A DNA stretch of 32,792 bases from Clostridia bacterium (GTDB lineage Bacteria > Bacillota > Clostridia > Christensenellales > CAG-314), in contig JAFQWS010000040.1 in NCBI GenBank assembly GCA_017407305.1, positions 1 through 32,792 on the forward strand, in the 5' to 3' direction. A program made the translations under genes and the position numbers. Below the pieces are notes generated by a model. It saw only the letters and a program-made list of their open reading frames with translations, did not search any database and was not told the origin of the DNA. Positions 1 through 7,766 of the stretch are shown one piece after another. Each line of letters starts with the position of its first letter. Positions within the stretch are counted from its first letter, which is position 1.

Positions 1-1314
1 ATTGATTATTTGGGACAAGATGCCCCCGGACAACGCACAATCTATCCCGAAAGTTTGGCATGGTGCAAAACTCAATACAAAAACTATGGTGGCGAGTCGG
101 TGCTCAGCACTTCGTGGTTTCAATACGTTGTCAACACTCAACACGCCGTAGAATACCTTGCTACCAGAAAGGAAGTGGGAAAAATCACCGTTGTTGCAAT
201 CAAAGACGGCGCAGACGTGGCTTTCCCCATTATGGCAATGGAAGAAAACGTTTCCAGTGGTATTGTCGTTATGGGTGATTTGAACAGAGAATTCAGTTAT
301 GATGAAGAAAAACCTCAACAAGCCTTGTACGAAATTGACGTTGACCAATTGACGGAAACAATTCAAGAGGACGTTCACGAACAAGCGTGGGAAATGGGCA
401 TGGCACCCCAAAGTTATCTTCAATTGATAAAAATTCCCGTGCTCAACGTTTCTGCCCTTTACGACAATGGCCAAACGTTGTTTGACAAATATCAGATCTT
501 CGAACGCTTTGAAAAAGGATGTTTTTCCGTTGTCCCCTATTGTTACAAATGTATTCCCGACAGCGTTTGGAAAGGTGTTGTTCAATGGTTGAAAAAGCCC
601 TTTGAAAGCAATTTGTCCATTGAAAGAACAACTTTGGATGGCAATCTTGCATTTATGGTAAAAGGCGCTCATTCCAAACAAAAAGTTCAAGTTTGGTACT
701 GTCGAACAAAAGGTCAATACGACAAATATTGGGCACCTGCCGAAATGAAGGTCGTGGATCAAAAAACCTATGGCGTGTGCAAGTTGTACAGCCAAGAAAC
801 GGTGGTACAAGCCTTTGCCGTCACCGAAGAACCTTTGCCAATTTCCAGTCCAGTGGTGCAAGAAGTTGTCTCCGACGTCAAGTTTTTGCCCAAACAAAAC
901 GTTTTGTACAATGGTACGGAAAACATATTCTTGCCGTTGCATCATGGTTGGCACGCATTTATGCCCCTTTTGAAAAAGAAAAAAGGACCTTTCAAAATTG
1001 ACGGTATGTACGGAACGCACTTTGCAACCTTTGCCGTCGTTGACGACAATATTGGTTTGGAAGAAATTTCAACTTTGTCTTTTGACTTGTACAGCGAGGC
1101 CGTCCAAGACGTCAAGTTGTCCATTGTGTCATTTGACAACGTTACTTATACATACGTTACCCCCGTTTCACAAGGACCTTTGTGGCAACATCAAGTTGTA
1201 TATGTAAAAGACTTTAAAACAGCCACAGGCGAAAGTTTTGAAGAAAAGAAATTCAAGGCATTTGCCGTTGACGCACCCGAAGGTGTAATTATCACAAACT
1301 TTTTGGTATTGTAA
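1..1314 (+). CDS. Hypothetical protein, probably 5'-truncated by the window edge
   Basis: Frame 1 is open from nt 1, with no stop upstream of the listed TTG at nt 10. Stop TAA at 1312-1314. Only 1 nt separates it from the ATG at 1316, suggesting translational coupling to the downstream signal peptidase. No TM segment or family motif that I recognise. Confidence 0.6.
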   Translation: MDYLGQDAPGQRTIYPESLAWCKTQYKNYGGESVLSTSWFQYVVNTQHAVEYLATRKEVGKITVVAIKDGADVAFPIMAMEENVSSGIVVMGDLNREFSYDEEKPQQALYEIDVDQLTETIQEDVHEQAWEMGMAPQSYLQLIKIPVLNVSALYDNGQTLFDKYQIFERFEKGCFSVVPYCYKCIPDSVWKGVVQWLKKPFESNLSIERTTLDGNLAFMVKGAHSKQKVQVWYCRTKGQYDKYWAPAEMKVVDQKTYGVCKLYSQETVVQAFAVTEEPLPISSPVVQEVVSDVKFLPKQNVLYNGTENIFLPLHHGWHAFMPLLKKKKGPFKIDGMYGTHFATFAVVDDNIGLEEISTLSFDLYSEAVQDVKLSIVSFDNVTYTYVTPVSQGPLWQHQVVYVKDFKTATGESFEEKKFKAFAVDAPEGVIITNFLVL

Positions 1315-1315
1315 G

Positions 1316-1957
1316 ATGAATAAAGAAAAAAGCCGTTCAGGGAAAATTTTTGATCGCATACTAACCATTGCCATTGTTTTGTTGGTTTTGGTTTTGTTGT
1401 GCCGAATTTTCATCATAACCCCCGTAACAGTCAAAATGACCTCAATGTACCCCACCTTGGAAGAAGGCAACGTCGTTTGGATAAACAAGTTGGCACACGT
1501 TGAACGTGGCGAAATTGTTGTGTATTACAATCAACCTGTTCCCGTAAAAAATCTATATATGTTTTTTACAAGCATTTTCCCCAATGACAGCAAAGGGGAC
1601 ACCTATTTGCTTGTCAAACGCGTGGTGGCCGTTGCGGGCGACAAAGTTTGGGCGCAAATCAATCCTTTGACGGGCAATTTTCAACTTCGTGTCGTTGACG
1701 GTCAAGGAAACGAAATTGACGTGATAAATTCCTATACCAAAGACGGCCAACCAATCGACTATATTGAAAAGGAATTTTCTCAAGATTTATGTACTTATCT
1801 TCGTCAACGTGGACACGTCAGCCAAAATCGCGCATTGGTCATTGAAGAAGGTTTTATCTTTGCCGTTGGCGACAACAGGACCAATTCTGCCGACAGCCGA
1901 AACACAGGCCCAATTGCTCTAAGCGAAGTTGTTGGCATTGCCGTTGGAATAAACTAA
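1316..1957 (+). CDS. lepB: Signal peptidase I, S26A (LepB-type)
   Basis: N-terminal TM anchor (ILTIAIVLLVLVLLCRIFII). Catalytic Ser box SMYPTL, Lys box LVKRVVAVAGDKV, and box E GDNRTNSADSR. These are the canonical bacterial type I signal peptidase motifs. Confidence 0.9.
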   Translation: MNKEKSRSGKIFDRILTIAIVLLVLVLLCRIFIITPVTVKMTSMYPTLEEGNVVWINKLAHVERGEIVVYYNQPVPVKNLYMFFTSIFPNDSKGDTYLLVKRVVAVAGDKVWAQINPLTGNFQLRVVDGQGNEIDVINSYTKDGQPIDYIEKEFSQDLCTYLRQRGHVSQNRALVIEEGFIFAVGDNRTNSADSRNTGPIALSEVVGIAVGIN

Positions 1958-1964
1958 AAAACAC

Positions 1965-1999
1965 AAAAAAAGACCTTTTTTGAAAAAGGTCTTTTTTTT
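1965..1999. terminator. Bidirectional rho-independent terminator between convergent genes
   Basis: Near-perfect palindrome aaaaaaagaccttttt-tg-aaaaaggtctttttttt. The stem is flanked by an A-run on the left and a T-run on the right, so it can terminate both the + strand lepB-like gene and the - strand gene ending at 2061. Confidence 0.8.
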
Positions 2000-2060
2000 A
2001 TGCAAATTATTTTCAAAATGAATTTGGTGTGCGTCAACTTGGCTTTTGGTGTGCACCAAC

Positions 2061-2654
2061 TTAGTGGTTGGTGTTTTTCTTTATTTCTTGTGTATGCAAA
2101 CTTAGTTCCACCAATTTGCCATATCGTTTGACTTTGTCAAGCAGTACTTTGGTTACTTTACTGTCTTTTTTCACAATCAATTCATTGTCAAAAAAGATGT
2201 CTTTGTCGCATAGGCGACCAATCAAAAAGTCTCCGCCCACACTCAATTTTGGTATGGCAAGTTGGGGCTTTGCAGGTTGTTTTTTTGCGGTCTTTTTCAA
2301 AATTACAACGTCTTTAACAATGTGAACTTTTCTTGGCGAAAAGGTTTTTCCCGTTGTCAAAACAAAAGACTTGATTCTTCCTTTGCAAGAAAAGTTGACG
2401 TCACAAACGTTTCCCAACAATTTGCCTTTGGCAGTGTAAACAAGTTTATTCAACACAAATGGAAAGTCGCAATTTTCTTTTTTTGTTGCAAAAATTCCAT
2501 CACCAAATTTAATTGCATCAAATAAAAAGGTTGCTTTTTCCGTTTTGATTGCAACCAATTGTTCGTTTTGTATGGCAAAATCACAAATGGCACCCAAGCT
2601 TTCTCCTGTGGAGAGCAAAATCACCTGTTTGTCTAGTAAAGTTGATGCTTTCAA
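2061..2654 (-). CDS. PRC-barrel-like domain protein (YlmC/YmxH-like), two tandem PRC-like segments
   Basis: 197-aa ORF. Two segments (LLDKQVILLSTGESLGAICDF and LNKLVYTAKGKLLGNVCDV) resemble the l-x-G-x-x-V-x-x-x-G-x-x-lG-x-v-x-D PRC-barrel signature. The assignment is by eye only. Confidence 0.45.
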   Translation of the reverse strand: MKASTLLDKQVILLSTGESLGAICDFAIQNEQLVAIKTEKATFLFDAIKFGDGIFATKKENCDFPFVLNKLVYTAKGKLLGNVCDVNFSCKGRIKSFVLTTGKTFSPRKVHIVKDVVILKKTAKKQPAKPQLAIPKLSVGGDFLIGRLCDKDIFFDNELIVKKDSKVTKVLLDKVKRYGKLVELSLHTQEIKKNTNH

Positions 2655-2698
2655 TCTCTATTCCTTTGGTATAACATACAAAAATTTGTCCAAATGTA

Positions 2699-2728
2699 TG
2701 TACAAATTAAGTATATTTATGTTATAAT
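2699..2728 (+). promoter_or_regulatory. Sigma-70-type promoter with extended -10 for the SPFH gene
   Basis: TGtTATAAT (TG at 2720-2721, TATAAT at 2723-2728), with a weak -35 tgtaca at 2699-2704. It lies in the AT-rich divergent intergenic region, about 40 nt upstream of the aaaggaga RBS and the ATG at 2767. Confidence 0.5.
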
Positions 2729-2766
2729 GTATCAAACAAACTTTATTAAAAAGGAGATTTACAAAT

Positions 2767-3810
2767 ATGGGTTGGTTCAAATCACAAATGTGGAAAGTTT
2801 TGGAATGGACTGACAGTTCTTCCAATACAATCGTTTACAAGTTCCCTATGGACGGCAAAGAAATTATGCGTGGTTCTCGCTTGACGGTTAGAGAATCCCA
2901 AGTGGCCGTTTTCGTTGACAAAGGTCGCATTGCCGACGTTTTTGAACCCGGCGAATACAAATTGGAAGCATCAAACTTACCTATTTTGTCTGGACTCAAT
3001 GCTTTGTTGTATCAAGACAAAAAATCACCTTTCAAATCTGATTTGTATTTTGTCAATACAAAACAATTTCCCAACCAAAAATGGGGCACAAAAAATCCCA
3101 TCACGATGCGTGATGCCGAATTTGGTATGATTCGTATCAAGGCTTTTGGCACCTACTCCTTCCGTGTTGTCGATTCGGCAGTCTTTTTGAAAGAATTGTT
3201 TGGAACAAACAGCACTTTCACGGTGGAAGCCATTTCCGATTATTTAAGAAGTCTTGTGTTGTCACAAATTGGCGACACAATTGCCGAGAGTGGCATTTCC
3301 GCTTTGGATATGGCAAGCAACTACCAAGAATTTGGCAATCTTGTAGAAAACTATTCCAAAGAAAAATTTGCAAAACTTGGTTTGGACTTGGTTGCTTTCA
3401 ACGTTGAAAACATCAATTTCCCCGAAGCAGTGGAAAAAGCCATCGACGAAAGAACAAGTTTGGGCATTTTGGGCAACAGTATGGGCGCATACACGCAAAA
3501 GAAAGCAGCAGATGCAATGGGCGATGCAGCCAAAAACACAGGAAGTGTCGGAGCAATCTTTGGTATGGGCGTGGGTCAAGGTCTTGGCGCAACAATGTTT
3601 GGCGCAACCAATCAAGCAACCTCACAACCCCAACAACAAGAACAAGGCAAACAAAAGTTTTGCAGTGAATGTGGTGCAAAAATTGGCGCATCTGCAAAAT
3701 TCTGCCCCGAATGTGGCGCAAAGCAAACTCAAGATGGCAAATGCCCCAAATGTGGCGCAGAAGTCAAAAAAGGCGCAAAATTTTGCCCTGAATGTGGAGA
3801 AAAACTTTAA
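2767..3810 (+). CDS. SPFH-domain protein of the YdjI / COG4260 (virion-core-protein-like) family with two C-terminal zinc ribbons
   Basis: The N-terminus MGWFKSQMWKVLEWTD..IVYKFP..EIMRGSRLTVRESQVAVFVDKGRIADVFEPGEY is characteristic of YdjI-like SPFH proteins. The C-terminus has four CxxC pairs (FCSECG, FCPECG, KCPKCG, FCPECG). Good RBS aaaggaga. Confidence 0.8.
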   Translation: MGWFKSQMWKVLEWTDSSSNTIVYKFPMDGKEIMRGSRLTVRESQVAVFVDKGRIADVFEPGEYKLEASNLPILSGLNALLYQDKKSPFKSDLYFVNTKQFPNQKWGTKNPITMRDAEFGMIRIKAFGTYSFRVVDSAVFLKELFGTNSTFTVEAISDYLRSLVLSQIGDTIAESGISALDMASNYQEFGNLVENYSKEKFAKLGLDLVAFNVENINFPEAVEKAIDERTSLGILGNSMGAYTQKKAADAMGDAAKNTGSVGAIFGMGVGQGLGATMFGATNQATSQPQQQEQGKQKFCSECGAKIGASAKFCPECGAKQTQDGKCPKCGAEVKKGAKFCPECGEKL

Positions 3811-4916
3811 TACCAATGAATGACAAATCTACACAAGTAAATCAATACAAATGTGAAAGTTGTGGTGCAAACCTTGTCTTTGATCCAGACAGTGGAAATT
3901 TGATCTGCCCTCATTGTGAAACGCAAATTGAATTGAGCAGAGACAACGACGTCAAAGAGCGCGACTTTTCCGACTTGACAAAAACGGAAAATTTGTGGGA
4001 CAAAGAAAAGGTTCACTCTTACAAATGTGTCAACTGTGGCTCGCAAACGGTTATGGAAAAAAGTGAAATTTCATCCACTTGTCCTTTCTGTGGTTCGGCA
4101 GTTGTGGTGGATCAAGAAGCCCTTGCTTCTGTCAAGCCGGACACCGTTATTCCCTTCGAAGTGAACACCAACACGGCAGTTGATGCACTTTTGAAGTGGC
4201 GCAAGCGTCGTTGGCTTGCTCCCAACGCGTTTAGAAAAATGGTTGGCGTTGACCAAATGAAAGGTGTCTATCACCCAATGTGGACGTTTGACGGATACAC
4301 AACCACTGCCTACGAAGGACGTTTGGGACGTACACGCACACGCGTCGTTACTCGCAACGGAAAGACCACAACGCAAACTTACATCGAGTGGTTCAACGTT
4401 CGTGGAACAAGACGCAACACTTTTGACGATATCATCATTTCCGGCGCAGAAACAATTGACCAAAAAAACTTGGATAAACTTCAACCTTTTGAACAATCTA
4501 AGTATTGTGTCTATTCCGATCAATATTTGGCAGGTTACGTTGCAAGCAACTACACCCTTGCACCGGAAAAGGCTTTTGAAATTGCCAAAGACAAAATGAA
4601 GAAAGTCATCCAAAGCGAGATTATGCAACATCACAATGCAAATCACGTGGACTATCTCAATTTAAATATGCATTTTGACGCAAAATCCTTCAAATATTTG
4701 ATGTTGCCCATTTACGTTACGGCAACAAAGTTCAAAGAAAAGGTATTCAATCAATTTGTTGCAGGTGTCGTCACACAACAAAAGAAAAAATCACAAATAA
4801 AGGTGGCTGGAAAATCCCCCTTGTCCCCCATTAAGGTCACGTTGCTGTCGTTGGGCATTGCAATTGGCATTGGACTTTTGGGTTGGCTTATGGCAATATC
4901 GGGATTTTTTGCATAA
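3792..4916 (+). CDS. Double zinc-ribbon protein with C-terminal TM anchor (YdjG-like?)
   Basis: Two zinc ribbons (CESCG..CPHC and CVNCG..CPFCG) and a C-terminal TM segment (LLSLGIAIGIGLLGWLMAISGFF). The start is ambiguous. ATG 3792 overlaps the upstream gene, and ATG 3816 (MNDKSTQ...) lies downstream of ggaga at 3796-3800. Confidence 0.6.
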   Translation: MWRKTLIPMNDKSTQVNQYKCESCGANLVFDPDSGNLICPHCETQIELSRDNDVKERDFSDLTKTENLWDKEKVHSYKCVNCGSQTVMEKSEISSTCPFCGSAVVVDQEALASVKPDTVIPFEVNTNTAVDALLKWRKRRWLAPNAFRKMVGVDQMKGVYHPMWTFDGYTTTAYEGRLGRTRTRVVTRNGKTTTQTYIEWFNVRGTRRNTFDDIIISGAETIDQKNLDKLQPFEQSKYCVYSDQYLAGYVASNYTLAPEKAFEIAKDKMKKVIQSEIMQHHNANHVDYLNLNMHFDAKSFKYLMLPIYVTATKFKEKVFNQFVAGVVTQQKKKSQIKVAGKSPLSPIKVTLLSLGIAIGIGLLGWLMAISGFFA

Positions 4917-4950
4917 AAGAGAAAATAAACTTACATAAAGGAGAACAAAT

Positions 4951-5148
4951 ATGATTACCAAAGACACAAAAGTGGTAGAAGCATTGCAAATTGACAGAAG
5001 AACAGCATTGGTCTTCCAAAGCTACGGCATGGGTTGCATCCATTGTTTGGCAGCAAACGTGGAAAGCATTGAAGAAGCTTGCGCTGCACACGGCATCAAT
5101 CTTGATGAAATGTTGGAAAAACTCAACAGCGTTGCACAACAAGGCTAA
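4951..5148 (+). CDS. DUF1858-type small protein (hybrid-cluster-protein-associated redox disulfide domain)
   Basis: 65 aa with the pattern TKVVEAL..RTALVFQSYGMGCIHCLAANVESIEEACAAHGINLDEMLEKLN, typical of DUF1858. Strong RBS aaaggaga upstream. Confidence 0.65.
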   Translation: MITKDTKVVEALQIDRRTALVFQSYGMGCIHCLAANVESIEEACAAHGINLDEMLEKLNSVAQQG

Positions 5149-5170
5149 ACCAAACAAAAAGCATTTAAAA

Positions 5171-5203
5171 GGGCGAACAACCGATTGGTTGTTCGCCCTT
5201 TTT
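5171..5203. terminator. Rho-independent terminator between convergent genes
   Basis: Stem gggcgaacaacc / ggttgttcgccc (12 bp perfect), loop gatt, followed by ttttt and preceded by aaaa. Confidence 0.85.
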
Positions 5204-5267
5204 CACGTCAAAAAGATGAGTGTTTGGTCAACTTTGCCATTTGAGACCGGGAAAACGGCTCGTTTGG

Positions 5268-5858
5268 TCAGTTGTTGGGAATGCGTATCTTTCTTGCCGA
5301 CAACAAAAAGTCCAAACAAAGGGCAAATGCACCCCCAATCAATGATGCCCATTGTTGTACAAGGCCCCAAGCTGTTGCAAGGTTGTTCAATGCAGGTTGA
5401 GGCAACAACCCAGCGTCAACAAACAAGGGCAAAACAAGTTTTACGCATACGAAATACATAAAGATAAACTTCAAAACTGCGCCGATTACAACGCCAATGC
5501 CTTTATAAAAGTAGTTTTGCCAAGGTTTTTTGGCTACAAACAAAAAAGAAAGGCAATAAATTGCAACGAGCACTGCATTTGAAAGTGCAATGAAAGGTAC
5601 CAAAACAACGTTGGGGTTAATTCCCAAAGCAAGAGCAATAAATGGTGTAACAAGTCCCACACAAGATGCGCCAATCAAACCGACCAAAGATGCCGAAAAG
5701 ATCAAAAACATATTGACGACTGCGCCCGTCAACAATTGAATACCTGCCAACGAACACAACCATTGACAAGCAACGGTAAATGCCAAAAGGGATGCGGTCA
5801 AAGTGATGAAAAAGGTTTTGTTGCCATTTGTTTGACCAAATAAAAATTTGTTTTTCAC
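5268..5858 (-). CDS. Small polytopic membrane protein, possibly an ECF-type S component or vitamin/precursor transporter
   Basis: 196 aa with about 5-6 hydrophobic helices. GTG start preceded by ggaggg. The size and topology are typical of ECF S components, but no specific family motif was recognised. Confidence 0.4.
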   Translation of the reverse strand: MKNKFLFGQTNGNKTFFITLTASLLAFTVACQWLCSLAGIQLLTGAVVNMFLIFSASLVGLIGASCVGLVTPFIALALGINPNVVLVPFIALSNAVLVAIYCLSFLFVAKKPWQNYFYKGIGVVIGAVLKFIFMYFVCVKLVLPLFVDAGLLPQPALNNLATAWGLVQQWASLIGGAFALCLDFLLSARKIRIPNN

Positions 5859-5917
5859 AACGATTACCCTCCAATGAAGTTAAAAATTATTCGAAAGCCC
5901 AAGGGTTTTGCTAGACA

Positions 5918-5946
5918 ATTATAGACCAAAGGAAAAATTAAGTCAA
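5918..5946 (-). promoter_or_regulatory. Sigma-70 promoter for the membrane protein gene
   Basis: On the - strand: TTGACT (5946-5941), a 17-nt spacer, then TATAAT (5923-5918), about 55 nt upstream of the GTG start. Confidence 0.7.
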
Positions 5947-6478
5947 CACGCAAAGAAAGGAAAAAAAGGGGCAAGGTTTAAAAATGAACAGGTTGGAAAT
6001 TGTCCACGTCAAACGAAAGCAAAACAGTCTTTGCAAATTAAATTGTTCAAGGTCAAATTATAAGAATTGACAAACTATTTCACAAGAAAAAAACAGGAGA
6101 AATTCAAATGAAAATTTTTAATAAAAGAGATTTTTCGCTTGTTGAATAAAGGAAGAATTTTTTTAAAAACGTTGTCAAAATTTTATTGTCAAAAGTTGGT
6201 TTTTTCAAGGAAAATTTATGTTCAAATTTAGAAGAATAAACAAAGAAAAATTTAGACAAAATCAAGGAGCAAACGGTGCAAATTTAACTAGAAAACAACC
6301 AAGTTTTTTGCAAGAAAAATTTAGGGGAAAAAGTGTCGAATTTTGCGCATTTTTTCAACTTTATTTGCCCAGTAATATTTGGCTTTTTTTAAAATTTTTA
6401 GTAACAAAAGCAGTAACAAAAAAGTAATATTTTTTGCCAAAATTTTTGTTTAAATAAATAGAACAAACGTTCAAAAAT

Positions 6479-6507
6479 TGTGGATAAATCTTCAAAATTG
6501 TGGATAA
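6479..6507 (+). promoter_or_regulatory. Two perfect DnaA-box 9-mers in direct orientation, embedded in a 17-nt direct repeat
   Basis: TGTGGATAA, the reverse complement of the consensus TTATCCACA, occurs at 6479-6487 and 6499-6507. Each is preceded by ttcaaaa(a)t. The spacing is 20 bp, about 60-90 bp upstream of the operon promoter. Confidence 0.55.
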
Positions 6508-6564
6508 GAACTCAAATAAAACTCAACTTTTTTTGGGAATTTCAAAAAAAATTTTGTTAAAGTG

Positions 6565-6593
6565 TTCACCTTAATTTTTCTATGGTGTATAAT
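6565..6593 (+). promoter_or_regulatory. Sigma-70 promoter for the fibre-subunit operon
   Basis: TTCACC (6565-6570), a 17-nt spacer, then TATAAT (6588-6593). This predicts a ~150-nt A/T-rich 5' leader before the ATG at 6746. Confidence 0.5.
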
Positions 6594-6745
6594 ATTGTCG
6601 TAATTTATCTGGCAATTTTTTTATGCGAAAATTGTCATTATTTTTGTCCTTTTTTCGGGGCAGTAAAAAAACGGGTTTTTTGACAAAAAAAATCGGCTAA
6701 AAAACCTTGGAAAAAATCCATCAAATTTAGTGAGAAAACAGCGTT

Positions 6746-7711
6746 ATGTCCAGCAAAAAATTGTTCATTTCAATCATGACTTTGACCGTCACAATTTTTA
6801 CTTGTGTCGCCAGCGTTTTTGCCTGGTTTTTCAACGCACAAACGGGTATGTTTGGTGGTGTCAACATTGACGCTTCTGACGTTTTGAAAACGGTTGTTTC
6901 ACAAGACGGTTCTACTTGGCAAGAGTCAATGACTTTCGGTTCGGCAAGTTACAACTTTTCCTTGCTTTCAGGAACGGGTACAGTGGTGGGTGAACAACTC
7001 AATTTGGTACGTCCCGTGGTAGATGGTTTGACCGGCCAAGTAAAAGTGAACAGCTCAGGTCAATGGTTGTTGGATTCGGCTCCTCAAAAAGATGTTGACT
7101 TTATTGAATTTGACTTGTACGTCAAGACAAATTTGCAATCGGTTGTTTCCTTTGGCGAAGAAACTTACGTACGTCCCAAAGTTGCTGACGTTGCCAACAA
7201 TCAACGTAAAGCATCCAAGTTGGGTTACACACAAAGCCAATATGGAAGCTTTTCCATCGACTATCTTTCTGCGGCAACGCGCATGTCTATCAATAAGGTG
7301 GACGACAACGGTGAAACACTTTTGTGCTTGTGGGCTCCCAACGAAAACGTTCGCCTTCGTTGTGTAGATGTAGACAAATTCGTTTTATACACTGACGAAA
7401 GCCAATTTTCCAGCGACTCGACACAATACCTCTTTACGGAATTTCAATATTTGCAAAGTTACTCTTTTTACGACAACGCAATTTTGACGGAAAGAACTGT
7501 TGAAAGTCAAGATGATTGGTTCGTTACCGACATTGGTGACTTTTCCTACGAAATGCAATTGACTGATGCTCAAGACGGAGCATATGTATCCCACTTTGTG
7601 ATTCGCATTTGGATGGAAGGCTGTGACGCAGAAGCCCACTCGGCATTGGCAACGGGCGATGCAGAAATTGAAATCAACTTGCAAATCGCAACAACGTTGG
7701 TTACTGGCTAA
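6746..7711 (+). CDS. Secreted TasA/camelysin-like fibre subunit paralog 1 (SipW-type signal peptide)
   Basis: N-terminal TM segment then SVFA-WF (codons A-W-F at 6821-6829). Shared family blocks AATRMSI, LWAPN and IRIWMEGCDAEAH (W at 7610). No LPXTG motif and no C-terminal TM segment. Confidence 0.7.
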   Translation: MSSKKLFISIMTLTVTIFTCVASVFAWFFNAQTGMFGGVNIDASDVLKTVVSQDGSTWQESMTFGSASYNFSLLSGTGTVVGEQLNLVRPVVDGLTGQVKVNSSGQWLLDSAPQKDVDFIEFDLYVKTNLQSVVSFGEETYVRPKVADVANNQRKASKLGYTQSQYGSFSIDYLSAATRMSINKVDDNGETLLCLWAPNENVRLRCVDVDKFVLYTDESQFSSDSTQYLFTEFQYLQSYSFYDNAILTERTVESQDDWFVTDIGDFSYEMQLTDAQDGAYVSHFVIRIWMEGCDAEAHSALATGDAEIEINLQIATTLVTG

Positions 7712-7766
7712 CTAAGTTAATACTATATATAACATACACGCACGTACGCGTATTTAAAAGGTAAGC

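Noticed and set aside
5859-5917. Possible preQ1-type riboswitch in the leader of the membrane transporter-like gene. TCTAGCAAAACCCT resembles TCTAGCTACACCCT of the B. subtilis preQ1-I aptamer, and ACCCT could pair with the AGGGT of the RBS.
   Set aside because: The 5' half of the P1 stem (AAGGG-like) is missing, and the A-rich tail and pseudoknot partner are not in register. The similarity also begins right at the predicted transcription start. This is insufficient for a call without a covariance-model scan.
6108-6427. Small ORFs in the AT-rich spacer. One is a 13-aa ORF (6108-6149) with an aggaga RBS. The other is a 69-aa Lys/Arg-rich ORF (6218-6427) with aagga upstream.
   Set aside because: The composition simply mirrors AT-rich DNA, and there are no recognisable motifs. 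Conservation cannot be assessed here. The 13-aa ORF is mentioned in the regulatory-region finding as a possible leader peptide but is not called as a gene.
6479-6507. Chromosomal replication origin (oriC), suggested by the perfect DnaA boxes in a long AT-rich spacer.
   Set aside because: There are only two perfect boxes and one weak one. No dnaA, dnaN, rpmH or other origin-linked genes are in the window, and there is no recognisable DUE 13-mer array. Transcriptional regulation by DnaA is the more economical reading, which I keep as a finding.
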